Shown in pieces: positions 53,909 to 64,000 of a stretch of 64,000 nucleotides of DNA. Both the position numbers and the translations under genes were made by a program. The DNA comes from Chloropicon primus (taxonomy: Eukaryota). Position 1 is the stretch's first letter, and each line of letters begins with the position of its first letter. The stretch is from assembly GCA_023205875.1 (NCBI GenBank), contig CP060755.1, forward strand, positions 1,426,001-1,490,000, given 5' to 3'. Under the pieces are notes generated by a model, which saw only the letters and a list, made by a program, of their open reading frames with translations, ran no database searches and was not told where the DNA came from.

Positions 53909-55095
53909 ATGCAAGCTTGCCGCGAGGTGTACAGGGACAAGTGCCACGACTTCGCCAAGCTCGCGGAGCTGCAGCCTTCGCTGGCCTCGCACCTCGTCTG
54001 GCTTCCGCCCCGGGACGAGTCCGCGTCGCCCTCCTCCGCCGGGGCCCGGAGGGCCACCATCGACTTCGCAAGGGAGGAGTCCGTGGAGGAGCTCACGAGG
54101 TGCATCCTGCGGCAGGACTTCGGGATCTCGTGGGAGCGGCCGCCCCGGAGCCTCATCCCCCCGGTGCCCAACCGGCTCACCTACCTGCTTTGGCTCAGGG
54201 ACCTGGTCCTGTCCACCAAGCCCAGCGACGGCGAGGGGGGCGTCCGAGGCGTGGACGTGGGGACGGGGGGCACGCTCATCTACCCGCTCCTGGGCGCGTC
54301 GGCCTTCGGCTGGACCTTCCTGGCCACGGAGAGCTGCGAGTACTCGCTGGGGTGGGCGGAGCGGAACCGGGCGAGCAACGCCGGGGTCAAGGACCTCATC
54401 ACGGTTCGGGACAGCAAGGGCGGCGTCCTCCTTGGCGTCGTGGACGAGGGCGCCAGGTACGACTTCTGCATGTGCAACCCGCCCTTCTTCGACGTGACCG
54501 AGGAGAGGAGCCTGCACAAGCCCGGGCACGGGGGGCTCGAGAACGAGCTCAGGTGCCCGGGGGGGGAGGCGGGGTTCGTGGGGAGGATGATCAGCGACTC
54601 CTTGGTCATGAAGGGCCAAGTGCTGTGGTACACCACGATGATCGGCAGGAAGAAGACCTTGAAGGCTCTGCTAGCGAGGCTCAGGGGGGAGAAGGACGTC
54701 AAGGGCATTCGCACCACGACCTTCGTGTGCGGCAGAACCACCCGGTGGGGGCTGGCGTGGACGCTCACTTCGGGTAGGTCGAACCCCGCGCTGAATCCGG
54801 AGACCCTCTCGCGCGGGCCTAACTTTTGCCTTTCCTCTCTCTCTCTCTCTCTCCGTTCTTTCTTTTGGAAGTGTCCGTGGACTTGGAGCGCGTGAAGAGG
54901 AGGAAAACGAGGGACGCCATCGCGGCCGACGGGGAGGAGAGCGACGAGGTCAGGGCGAACAAAGCCAGGAGGAAGCAGGCGAAGCTCGAGAGGAGGAAGA
55001 AGGCGAGGGAAAGCGAGGAGAGGGCGAGGCTGGCTGAGGAGGAAAGCGCGGACCAGGACTTGATGAGGGCCATGGGCTTCGATGGGTTTGCTTAA
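53909..55095 (+). CDS. METTL16: METTL16/FIONA1-like RNA m6A methyltransferase (exons 53909-54773, 54872-55095)
   Basis: DFAKLA, LIPPVPNRLTY, DVGTGGTLIYPLLG, catalytic CMCNPPFF, GGEAGFV, WYTTMIG and GRTTRWGLAW. Confidence 0.88.
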
Positions 55096-55264
55096 CATCT
55101 TCATCTTAAAAAATCCGAAAAAGTAACGCTCGTGCTCGCCCTCGCGCCCTCGTGCTCGGCCGTTATGACTCCGACTCCTCAGCGGAAGGGAGAAATCCAC
55201 CAGAAGAGAAAGAAGGGGGGTCGCGTCAAGAGGGAGAGAGAACAGAGAGAGGAGAGGAGAGAAG

Positions 55265-56045
55265 ATGAGGGACCGACCCGAGCCGCCGAAGTACCACCAC
55301 TACCGCCCGCTGGAAGGTGACGCGAAGGTAAGACCGCTTTCCTACTCCGCCCCGGGTTTCGTTTTCCTTGTTCCGATCGCTGACGCAAGCACACGCACAG
55401 ATTCTCGCGCAGGCGAGGCCGTGCCTGAAGTGCATGGTGTGCCTGTCCCCTTGCAGGTGCGACGTGGAGGCCGAGGGGCGGCAGAGGAGGAAGGCTGAGG
55501 CCGACCGCTTCGCGAGCAAGGCTTCGGGGTCCCGGAGCTGGCGGAAGTCCGTGTCCAAGTACTCGTGGGAGGACGGGAGGCACGCCGACCGTCCCGACGA
55601 CCACGTGCACGTGTTCATCAGCAGGGAAGATCTCGGTGCGGTCGAGCTCAAGAGGCACGACGTCGTGGTCGAGTTCACGCCCACCTCCGTGGCCATGGAG
55701 ATCCGCCTCCCAGGAGACAGGGTCTGGGAATATAGGAGGGAACCTCTGTACGACGAGATCGATCCCGGTGCGAGCACGTTCTACATCACCGCAAAGCGCG
55801 TGGTGCTGAAGCTCGCCAAGGTCGACAAGAAGAAGAAGTGGGCAGGCCTCACACCCGTGTTCGCCATGGTGGAGCACCAGCAGAAGGACGCCCTCGACTT
55901 CGGGCTCGCGGCGATGACGGGCAGCACCAGCCACAACACACGCAAGCCGAGGGAGTCGCAGATCATCACGAGCACCAAGCGGGAGTACTGGGACGGTCCG
56001 CCAAAGTACACTTGGGACAAGTACGACAGAGCTTACCAGAACTGA
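55265..56045 (+). CDS. CS (p23-like) domain protein (exons 55265-55327 and 55401 or 55413-56045)
   Basis: YSWED..VHVFI..VEFTPTS..LYDEIDP..S.....VVLKLAK...W pattern. GTAAG donor and two in-frame CAG acceptors. Confidence 0.72.
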
Positions 56046-56134
56046 GTGCTGGGCCGATCCGACGCGGTGTTCAGAGTGAGGGGTGCATTTCTTTACTAGT
56101 GTTTAATAATATACATAAAATACATAAAGCATAT

Positions 56135-57752
56135 TCAATCAGCGAGCTCGAATTCCTTTGGCGTCTTCTCAAACAGCAAGGCGACCAAGAGGGCAGGAGC
56201 CAAGAGGCAAGCCATAGCCGCCAGCCACCGCCCCCTCAGCGCGAAGAAGAGGCCCGAAGCTGCTCCGAGGGCGTAACCCCCGAGCTGGTATCGTTTGCAG
56301 TTCCTCTCCACTCGGCGGAGGATTTCACTGTAAGTGAACTCCGCGTTCATAACTTCCAAGAAGGGCGGCCTGTAGATGAGACCGAAGCTGACCTTGGAGA
56401 TCAGGAACTGTGCGATGAACTTGAGTTGGAAGAGCAGGGCCAGGTACTTGTACTGCTTGTACTGAAGCGGGTGACTGACTTGCATCAGTCTGACCAAACT
56501 CTTGACGTCCGGGCGGCGGTTCCGCTCAAAGTCCGGAAGGGCGTTCGCGAGATCGTGCCCGTGCCTCCTCAGGGATTCCCTTAGCTTCATGATGTCCTCC
56601 AGCCCGGCGTTGACCCCTTGGCCGAGATCTGGCGGAAAGGCGTGCAGGGCATCCCCCACCAGGACCACGCCGCACTCATTGCCCTGGAGAACGTCCACGA
56701 ATCGCTCGCTATACTGAGGGGGAGGAAAGCGGGCCCCCTCGCTCTCAGCGAACCGATGAGCCTCTGCGGAGCTCAGAATGGAGCGCACAGGAAGCTGTGG
56801 GAGGGCGCCCTCGAGGAAGTCCAAGAGACTCTCCCCATCCTTGATTCTCCAAATCTCGTTTTCCTCCGCGGCAGAGATAAAGTTCGCGGTTCTGCTCGCG
56901 TTCTCGTCCGCGGTGGGCAGCATACCCAACCGAAGCCTGGAATTGAATCTGTTTGAAGCTCCGATCAGCACGTAACTTTCGGAATGCACCGCGGTCGGGG
57001 TCCCCGCTTCCTCCTGAGCTTTGGGGGGAAGGGGGAAGTTCGGAGGGAACGACAGCACTTTGTACCTCAGGCCAGCGCTCAGGGACGGGTGCTTTCGCAT
57101 CGCAAACTCGCTCTCCTCCCCGTGCCACTCCAATAGCGCCTGCCTCACTCTCGACCTGACGCGGTCCGCGCCGACGAGCAAGCTGGCCTCAAACTCGCCC
57201 GAGGAGGAGGTGACCCGTATCTTCTCCGAGGCCCCCCTCGGACTTGTGGATCCCCGTGACTTCGCTCCCAAAGTGAACCGCGATGCGGTCGCTGTGCGTC
57301 CGTTCCACTTCCTCGTAAAGCATGGAGTTGAAGTCTTGCCTTGAGATCCAGAAGCTCTCCACCGGGCTCATGCTCGGCAGCTTGGTCCTCTTCACCTTGC
57401 CGCTCGGGTACAAGAGCGACGTCGCCATCTGTCGCGAGCCCACGCCCCTCCCCCTCAAGGCGTCCATCGCACCCACGTGATCCAACAGCGCCTGGCCCCT
57501 CTCGTTGGCGTTGAAGACGAAGGCAAGGTTAGGCTCGAAGAAATCGACGGACTCCCTCCTCTCGATGACGTCGACCTTCTCGTAGCCCTCCTTGGCCAGC
57601 ACGATCGCAGCAGCTAAACCGCAGGGCCCACCGCCCACAACCACGGCCGTCTTCCCCTCCAGGGTGTTCGAGCAGCAGCTCGTGGTCGTTCCCCCCCTCC
57701 GGGCAACCCACCCAACACGGCCCGTCCTCGCCCTCAAGCACGCACCCTTCAT
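56135..57752 (-). pseudogene. Kynurenine 3-monooxygenase-like FAD-dependent monooxygenase interrupted by a frameshift near 57232-57237 (pseudogene or sequence error)
   Basis: GGGPCGLAAA Rossmann motif in ORF 57189-57779. LLVGAD and LVGDALHAFPPDLGQGVNAGLED lie in overlapping ORF 56135-57271 in another frame. Confidence 0.7.
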
Positions 57753-58110
57753 CCTGCACCACCCTCTGGTACAATCCAACCAGGTTCAACCCAAGCCAAG
57801 CCCATCGGTTGCGCCCTGGCTGACCAGGACCGAAGGGAGTTGCGTAGACTTCCTCGATGCCAAGACGCTTGCGACTCGCCACGATCCCGACCCCAGGGTT
57901 GGTTTCGCATCGTCTCGTCCTCCTTAAAGGAGGGGCATCTCCCCTGCAGCCTCCTGGCCTCAACTTCGGTCTTCAAGTTACCCCCCAATGGGATAGCGAG
58001 CCCACCTCGATTTTCTTTTCGTTGAGGAGAGGGTCGGGGTCGGGCGAGAGGAGAGGAGAGGGTTTGAGCACAAGGGTGTGTCGGAGAAGGCAGAGGAGAA
58101 GCAGGGGAAG

Positions 58111-60816
58111 ATGAAAGGATTGAGGGTGGTGCTGGTGGGGCTCTTGGCCGTGATGGCCATGGTTGGGGTCGCCCAGGCCAAGCTCCTTGCTTTCGATATG
58201 GGGAGCGACACGACGAAGATCGCCTTGGTGAAACCTGGGAGGAGTCCCGTGAGCCTGGTGACGAACGAGATGTCGAAGAGGAAGACGCCGACGAAGCTGG
58301 CTTTCAACAAGGGGGCGAGGCTCTTCGGGGAGGCCGCTGCCGCGATTGAGCAGCGGTACCCGCAAAACGTTTTCTCCCGGGTTCGAGACGCCCTTGGGCA
58401 GACGGGCGAAAGAAAGTCCGTGTACGAGGGCACTTACAGGCCATACAAGCTGACGGAGGAGAAGGGCGAGGTCCTTTTCGAGGTCGAGAACGGAGACAAG
58501 TATTCGTCCGAGGAACTCACGGGAATGCTTCTCGAGTACTTTGCGGGACTTGGATCCGACTTTGCGGAGAGCAAGGACCGTTTGAAGGACGTCGCCATCG
58601 TGATTCCCTCCTACTTCGGGCTGAAGGAGAGGATCGCCCTCGTGAACGCCGGTAAGATTGCCGGGATCAACGTCCTCGGCTTCATCAACACCGCGTCTGC
58701 TGCGGCCCTGCACTACGCGAAGGACAAGGATTTCGAGGAGAACTCGGAGGAAATCATTTTCTTCAACATGGGCGCGGGGTACACGGAGGCCGCCCTCGTC
58801 AAGTTCTCGTCCGTCAAGGAGACGAGGACCTCCACTTTGATCACGAAGGTCGAGGTCTTGGAGCAAGCTTACAACGCCGACGTTGGCTCGGAGGCGTTTG
58901 ACCTGAGGCTCACCGACTACTTTGCGGACAAGTACATGGAGGAGAAGAACGTGGATTTGAGGAAGTTCCACAAGTCCATGTCCAAGCTCAAGTCGGCCTG
59001 CAAGAAGACCAAGGAAGTGCTGAGTGCGAACACGGCCACGCCAGTGAATGTGGAGTCCATCTTCGAGGACGACGACTTGAGGGAGAAGATCACGAGAGAG
59101 AAGTTTGAGGAGTTGGTCAGCGGCGAGATTGAGAAGGCGACTAGGCCTCTGCAAGACTTGTTGGACAAGACAGGGGTCAAGGTGGACAGCCTTAAAGCCG
59201 TGGAGCTGATCGGCGGTGGCGTCAGGGTTCCAGCTGTGCAGAAGAAGCTGTCTGAAATTCTTGATGGCAGGAAATTGGACAGGCACCTTGACGGTGACGA
59301 AGCGGCCGTTATGGGCGCGGCCCTCTTTGCGGCAAACTACAGCAAGTCCTTTGTTCTCAAGAAGATGCAGCTCTACGAAAAGTTTCCATATAAGCTCGAG
59401 GCGGAGGTGGAGAAGAAGCATATGTTCTCTACTGAGACTGTCAAGCTTCCGGATCTCTTGCAGTTCCCCAGCCTCCCTGCTACTGTGCCCATCAAGGTCA
59501 ACAACCCGAAGAAGGAGGACTTCAAGTTGAACATCAAGTATTCTAGCGAGGATCCCTTGCCTCCAGGAACCAAGCAGCACTTTCTGTCCTCTTACGAGAT
59601 CACGGGGGCTGGCAAGACAGACAAGGAGAAGTACAACGTGACGGATGTCACGACAGCTTACTTGACGCTTGACGTCCATGGTTTCCTCGCGATGGAGTCC
59701 CCCGTGGCTACTGGCGACTACTGGGAGTATTTCAACAAGACTATCCAGGTCCCTGTCAAGGGTCTTTCTGGTGCAGAGGAAGAAGATAAGGACGCTACGG
59801 ATGAGATCGAGAGTGCCACGGTAGAGGACGACAAGGGCGAGAGCAAGGACGCTGACTCCTCTGAGGAGACCAAGGCAGACCCCGAATCCTCGGAGGAGGC
59901 AGAGGCAGAAGCAGAGGCAGAAGCAGAGGCGGCAGAGGCAGCGGCGGAGATAAAGTTCAAGGACAAGGTCGTGAGAAAGCGCAAGAGGAGAAAGGAGGTG
60001 TTCAACCTGCAATCGAAGTGGCTCAATCCAGAGGATTTCCAGGTCGAGAAGGCCTACATCAGATTCAGAGCCGAGCGTTTGAGGAACCTCACCAAGGCCG
60101 ATGACTTGAGGCTTGTCACCGAGGAAGCCAAGAACAAGTTGGAAAGCTTCATATTGATGACGATGTCCCAGTGCAACGACGAGGAGGTCGAGGCAGTGAG
60201 CACGGAGCCAGAGAGGGAGAAGATCAAGAGCGAATGCATGGAGGCGGAAGACTGGCTTTACTCCGATGGAGAGAACGCTGACTTGAAAGAGCTGAGAGCG
60301 AAGTACGCGGAGCTCGACACTTTGTACGAACCTGTTGCCACGAGGCTGTACGAGAAGGAGGAGAGGCCAGAGGCCATCAAGAATGCTCAGGCGAAGCTCC
60401 AGGACTACAAGAAGGGCTTGAGGGAGTGGGAGGATAAGAAACCATGGATTCCGTTTGAGCAGCTTATGAACGTTACTTCCAAGTGCGACGATATGCTTGA
60501 CTGGCTCGACGAGAAGATGCAAGCGCAGTCCGGTCTCAAGGACTACGAGGACCCAGTTTTGAAGAGCACTGACATCGAAGCGAAACTGAAGGCAATCACT
60601 AAGGAGATCAAGAAGCTTCAGAAGATTCAGAAACCCAAGTCTCATGCTGCGAAGCTCGAGCCCGAAGCCTCCGCTGACGCCGAAAAGGAACCAAAGGCTG
60701 AAGAAGAGGCCAAGGGCGAGGAGGCCAAGGGTGAGGAGGCCAAGGGTGAGGAGGCTAAGAGCGGGGGTGAGGGCGACGCCCCATCCGAAGTCGAGTCCTC
60801 TCACGAAGAGCTATGA
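58111..60816 (+). CDS. HYOU1: ER Hsp70-family nucleotide exchange factor GRP170/HYOU1
   Basis: Signal peptide, NEMSKRKTP, VELIGGGVRVP, DEAAVMGA, EAKNKLESFI and C-terminal HEEL. Confidence 0.93.
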   Translation: MKGLRVVLVGLLAVMAMVGVAQAKLLAFDMGSDTTKIALVKPGRSPVSLVTNEMSKRKTPTKLAFNKGARLFGEAAAAIEQRYPQNVFSRVRDALGQTGERKSVYEGTYRPYKLTEEKGEVLFEVENGDKYSSEELTGMLLEYFAGLGSDFAESKDRLKDVAIVIPSYFGLKERIALVNAGKIAGINVLGFINTASAAALHYAKDKDFEENSEEIIFFNMGAGYTEAALVKFSSVKETRTSTLITKVEVLEQAYNADVGSEAFDLRLTDYFADKYMEEKNVDLRKFHKSMSKLKSACKKTKEVLSANTATPVNVESIFEDDDLREKITREKFEELVSGEIEKATRPLQDLLDKTGVKVDSLKAVELIGGGVRVPAVQKKLSEILDGRKLDRHLDGDEAAVMGAALFAANYSKSFVLKKMQLYEKFPYKLEAEVEKKHMFSTETVKLPDLLQFPSLPATVPIKVNNPKKEDFKLNIKYSSEDPLPPGTKQHFLSSYEITGAGKTDKEKYNVTDVTTAYLTLDVHGFLAMESPVATGDYWEYFNKTIQVPVKGLSGAEEEDKDATDEIESATVEDDKGESKDADSSEETKADPESSEEAEAEAEAEAEAAEAAAEIKFKDKVVRKRKRRKEVFNLQSKWLNPEDFQVEKAYIRFRAERLRNLTKADDLRLVTEEAKNKLESFILMTMSQCNDEEVEAVSTEPEREKIKSECMEAEDWLYSDGENADLKELRAKYAELDTLYEPVATRLYEKEERPEAIKNAQAKLQDYKKGLREWEDKKPWIPFEQLMNVTSKCDDMLDWLDEKMQAQSGLKDYEDPVLKSTDIEAKLKAITKEIKKLQKIQKPKSHAAKLEPEASADAEKEPKAEEEAKGEEAKGEEAKGEEAKSGGEGDAPSEVESSHEEL

Positions 60817-61945
60817 TGAGGCGCTGGGAGCACCATCTTTACACGGAGCAGGTTTTCTCTTACGGTAGTAGATTTGCTTCAAGGCCTCAGGTGGAATGCC
60901 CAAGTGCCATGACAGGATAATGACCTGGTTCACCAGGAACACTGGAATGATTCCATTTTCCTTCCACCTGCGGCCGGAAGTTGTAACTTTTGCGTTTAAG
61001 AGCAAGGGTTTGATCCCTTTCCTCTTTTGCCTGTGAACCATGTCGTAGTCCTGGGGTCCACATATAAAGCAAAGCAAGGTAGTGACAGAGAAGGCGAAAA
61101 TAAAGAATTCCAAAAGAAATCAGTCTCAGCTGGATCCTACCTACTACGTGGAAGTCAGGCACACGCGCGCGCACACACACAGAAACAAAAACAACTTATC
61201 TTATTTTTTTTATATATATAAGTGAGCAAAAACTATCTTCTTCGCTCCCCAACAAACTCACCTCCATGAATGGTATGTGCTTGTAGCCCCCGCTCTCCTG
61301 GTACGCCTTCCTATGGAAGAAGTGGCACTGGTCTCCGTACGGCATGCCCAGGTACTTGGTCCTCTGCTTCACCCCGAACTCGACGCACCTCAACAAAGGC
61401 CCCTTGGACTAGTTGAACAAAGGGAGGAGCCGCTGCATGTCAGCGAGTTTCCAAGGCTTGGGTCAAGGCGCGAATGCCTGTCGAGATTCACTTACTCTGA
61501 TTCCTAATTCCCCGAATGCACCCCAAATGTGCTTGGCATCCCTGTGCCTTGAAGCGTTCCAGAACACCTCGTGAATCATCGAGTCATACCTCCTCGGTAG
61601 CTCAGTGTCGGCGTGGAGAAACAGCAGCAAGTTCCCCGTTGCCGCTTTCGACCCCATATCCTGCTGGAGACCGCGCCCCCTCCCCGACCTCACGATCTTC
61701 GCACCCAGACTCCTGGCCCTCTTCACCGTGGCGTCCTCGCTCCCGCCATCCACAACGATGACTTCCACTTGGGCCCCCCTCGTCGTCCTCCTCGCCGACC
61801 TTATGGCCTTCTCCACCGATCCCGCTTCATTCAGGGTCGGCACGATGACCGATATCTTCTCCCTCTTCCTCCTCCTCGCCGACCTTATGCCCTTCTCCCT
61901 CTTCTCCCCCCCTCCCCCTCGCCACCAGGAGGCGTTCCAAAACAT
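60811..61945 (-). CDS. Glycosyltransferase family 2 protein, 3 exons (61945-61496, 61408-61262, 61050-60811)
   Basis: ISVIVPTLNEA, VVDGGSED, LFLHADT, PYGDQ, FME|D and TSGRRW. Canonical introns. Confidence 0.88.
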
Positions 61946-62044
61946 CCCCACAGCGCCTTTGGCGTTGGGGAGCTCCCCCCAAATGCCAAGCCCTCGGGGA
62001 GCGAGTGAGGGAGTGAGGGAGTGGAAGAGGGAGGGAGGCAGAGA

Positions 62045-63562
62045 ATGACGCCGAGCACGTCGTCCTTTGGGGGCGGGGGGGAAGGGGGTGGTAGCAGGAA
62101 GGTCAAGGATGCGGCGGAGGTCCTGCATAGGAACGAGGCGTACCTCGCGGAGCTCCTTTCGTACAGCTTGGACCGGCTGAACAAAGAGCCCGAATTGTTG
62201 AGGGACGACCGGGAAAGGATACAGAGGGAGCTCGAGGAGACGGCGTTCAAGAACTACAAGGCGTTCGTGGCGGCCGCGGAGTGCATCGAGAAAGTGGGGA
62301 ATGGTCTGGAGCAAATTGGGAACGACCTTTCGTCGATTCAGGGCAGGGTTCCGGTGATCGAGCAGCAGAGCTCCGAGTACGAGGCCACGCTTGCGGGACA
62401 CCTTCGGGAGCAGAAGCAGACCAAGCTCCTGGCCTCGAACGCCGCGCAGGTCCAGGAGATACTGGACGTGACCCAGCTGATGGAGACTTGCATAAAGCAC
62501 GGGAGCTACGACGAGACTCTGGACTTGGAAGCCTTCGTGAACAAGCTGACGGTGCTCCACCCGAACGTCGGGATTGTGAGGTCCCTGGAGAGGGAAGCCA
62601 AGGACCTCTCGAAGAGGATGCAGTCGCAGCTCTTCTCCCGCCTCAAGGCCAACTTGCAGCTGCCGGAGTGCCTGAGGATCGTTGGTTACCTGAGGCGCAT
62701 GGGAAACTTCACGGAGCACGGTTTGAGAGAGGAGTACCTCGAGTGCAGAGACTTTTGGTTCCAGCAGCTCGTGGACGACCTGCCGAGGCACGATCACTAC
62801 GCCTTCATCAAGCGGCTGACAGACTTCCACAGGGTCCACCTGTTCGACATCATCATGCAGTACAGGGCGATCTTCTCCTCCAAGGACTCCGCGGGCGGTG
62901 GCAGGAAGGGCGCGGGGGGAGCGACGCAGGAGGAGAACTACAGGTACGCCGACCTCCTCCACGTGTGGTCGGCGAGAAGGGTCGACTCGTACCTGAAGCT
63001 GCTCGCCAAGAGCTTGCCGTTCATCCACGAGGGCGCGAACCTGAGCTCTGTCCTCGAGCACTGCATGTATTGCGGGTTGAGCCTGGGAAGGATCGGCCTC
63101 GACTTCCGGTGCCTCCTGGTGCCCATCTTTCAGGAAGCGGTGCGGAGCCTCTTCAGGGGCTCGGTCAAGAGGGCCGTGAAGACGTTCGAGCTGATGCTCG
63201 CGAGTTACAAGTGGCCCAAGGGGAGTCAGGTGGCTGTGTCGTCCGGGCAGGGGAAGGCCGACGAAGCGGGGGGCCCTCCTTACGAACTCATGCAGCACCC
63301 CCCGCTGGCGGTGCTGACCAACGGCTTCCTGGCCTCCTTCAACGAGCTGAGGCACTGCGTCCCAAAGGCCATGTCGGGGGACCTGACGGAGGACCTGAAC
63401 GGGCAACTGAGGGAGGTGGGTCTGGCCCTCAAGTGGTACGGCGTGGTCTCCGACCTCCAGGACGGGGAGAGGCAAAGCTTCCGGAGCCTGTGCGACCAGT
63501 ACAGCAACTGCGTGATCCCTTACCTGAGGCGGAGCTTTGAGGGAATGATGATGAACGAATGA
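62045..63562 (+). CDS. COG8: Conserved oligomeric Golgi complex subunit 8
   Basis: YSLDRLNKEPELL, LQLPECLRIVGYLRR, LFDIIMQYRAIF, GLDFR and PPLAVLTNGFLASFNELR. Confidence 0.94.
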   Translation: MTPSTSSFGGGGEGGGSRKVKDAAEVLHRNEAYLAELLSYSLDRLNKEPELLRDDRERIQRELEETAFKNYKAFVAAAECIEKVGNGLEQIGNDLSSIQGRVPVIEQQSSEYEATLAGHLREQKQTKLLASNAAQVQEILDVTQLMETCIKHGSYDETLDLEAFVNKLTVLHPNVGIVRSLEREAKDLSKRMQSQLFSRLKANLQLPECLRIVGYLRRMGNFTEHGLREEYLECRDFWFQQLVDDLPRHDHYAFIKRLTDFHRVHLFDIIMQYRAIFSSKDSAGGGRKGAGGATQEENYRYADLLHVWSARRVDSYLKLLAKSLPFIHEGANLSSVLEHCMYCGLSLGRIGLDFRCLLVPIFQEAVRSLFRGSVKRAVKTFELMLASYKWPKGSQVAVSSGQGKADEAGGPPYELMQHPPLAVLTNGFLASFNELRHCVPKAMSGDLTEDLNGQLREVGLALKWYGVVSDLQDGERQSFRSLCDQYSNCVIPYLRRSFEGMMMNE

Positions 63563-64000
63563 ATGAATGAATGATTGAGGGCAAAGCGCGTTGAGGGAAG
63601 GAGGGCATGCGGTGCAAATGCAACTAAAATAATAATACGAGTTTTAACCAACAACCAACCTCCTAGAGGGAGACGGAACAGGAAGCGTTGTTTTACTTTG
63701 TTTTGTTTGTTTGCGTCACCGGTGCGGGTCAGCACGATCGTTCCATCCCCATCCTAGCTAGGGTTTCAGGATCGAAGCAAGGATCGTGGGAACGAGGGAG
63801 CGCGCGCACGACACAAGGGGGGGAGAGCGGAGAGACAACGGGAGCTCGAGCATGCGCGTGTGTGCGCGTGTGAGAGGATGAGGCGCGGGACGAGCATCTT
63901 GCGTGAGAAGACAACAACAACAACGAAAAAAAGCAAGGGTGGCTTGAACACCCAGACTCTACCAAAGAAGGGGGGTGCCGAGGATGCGCAAGCGCATGCA

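Noticed and set aside
57221..57260. 40-nt GT-AG intron that could repair the monooxygenase frameshift
   Set aside because: Weak donor, no branch point or pyrimidine tract, shorter than other introns here, and it would delete expected coding residues. Not fully excluded without RNA-seq.
59890..60760. EAEAEA and EEAKG repeats in HYOU1
   Set aside because: Ordinary low-complexity expansions in the acidic loop and tail of GRP170 proteins.
57973..60804. 943-aa antisense ORF opposite HYOU1
   Set aside because: It is in codon register with the sense gene and Leu/Val-rich with no motifs. Avoidance of TTA/CTA/TCA codons in biased genes produces such ORFs, a known feature of Hsp70-family genes.
61594..61670. 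tRNA D-arm-like GGTAGCTCAGTGTCGG
   Set aside because: There is no T-arm (GTTCRA) or acceptor stem at the proper distance, and it lies antisense within a GT2 exon.
61946..63475. Long upstream extension of the GT2 ORF (670 aa in the track)
   Set aside because: It is the antisense shadow of COG8. GT2 homology starts only after ATG 61945.

Overview
A compact, GC-rich eukaryotic nuclear window, not prokaryotic. It holds about 41 tightly packed protein-coding genes with short GT-AG introns (CTGAC/TTGAC-type branch points) and TGTAA hits just downstream of many stop codons. Plastid genes with transit-peptide-like N-termini (ClpP, CURT1) point to a streamlined green alga; a Chloropicon-like picoalga is my inference, not something the sequence proves. 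Recognisable genes: cyclin B, a group-C-like bZIP, MED17-like, ClpP, a two-repeat K+/CNBD channel, RHD3/Sey1, a cation/H+ antiporter, two class-3 lipases, DRC3, DRC5, LYR and PH proteins, ELMOD, IPK2, PPCS, SSU72, TRF4/PAPD5, ERH, glucosidase II beta, a CK1-like kinase, ArgRS, CURT1, TEL2, CNOT11, a JmjC demethylase, METTL16, a CS-domain protein, a frameshifted FAD monooxygenase, HYOU1/GRP170, a GT2 and COG8. I found no rRNA, tRNA, CRISPR array or transposon. Most unusual observations: (1) PPCS, a CoA-biosynthesis enzyme, fused in one uninterrupted ORF to an HMG box; (2) a concatenated two-repeat channel with asymmetric selectivity filters; (3) a hidden three-exon 40-aa microprotein; (4) a METTL16 ending in a spliceosomal-type MxxMGFxGF motif; (5) a possible bicistron or fusion upstream of the antiporter; (6) a homopolymer frameshift in the monooxygenase. 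Family calls come from motifs recognised by eye and splice models were built by hand; no database search was run.
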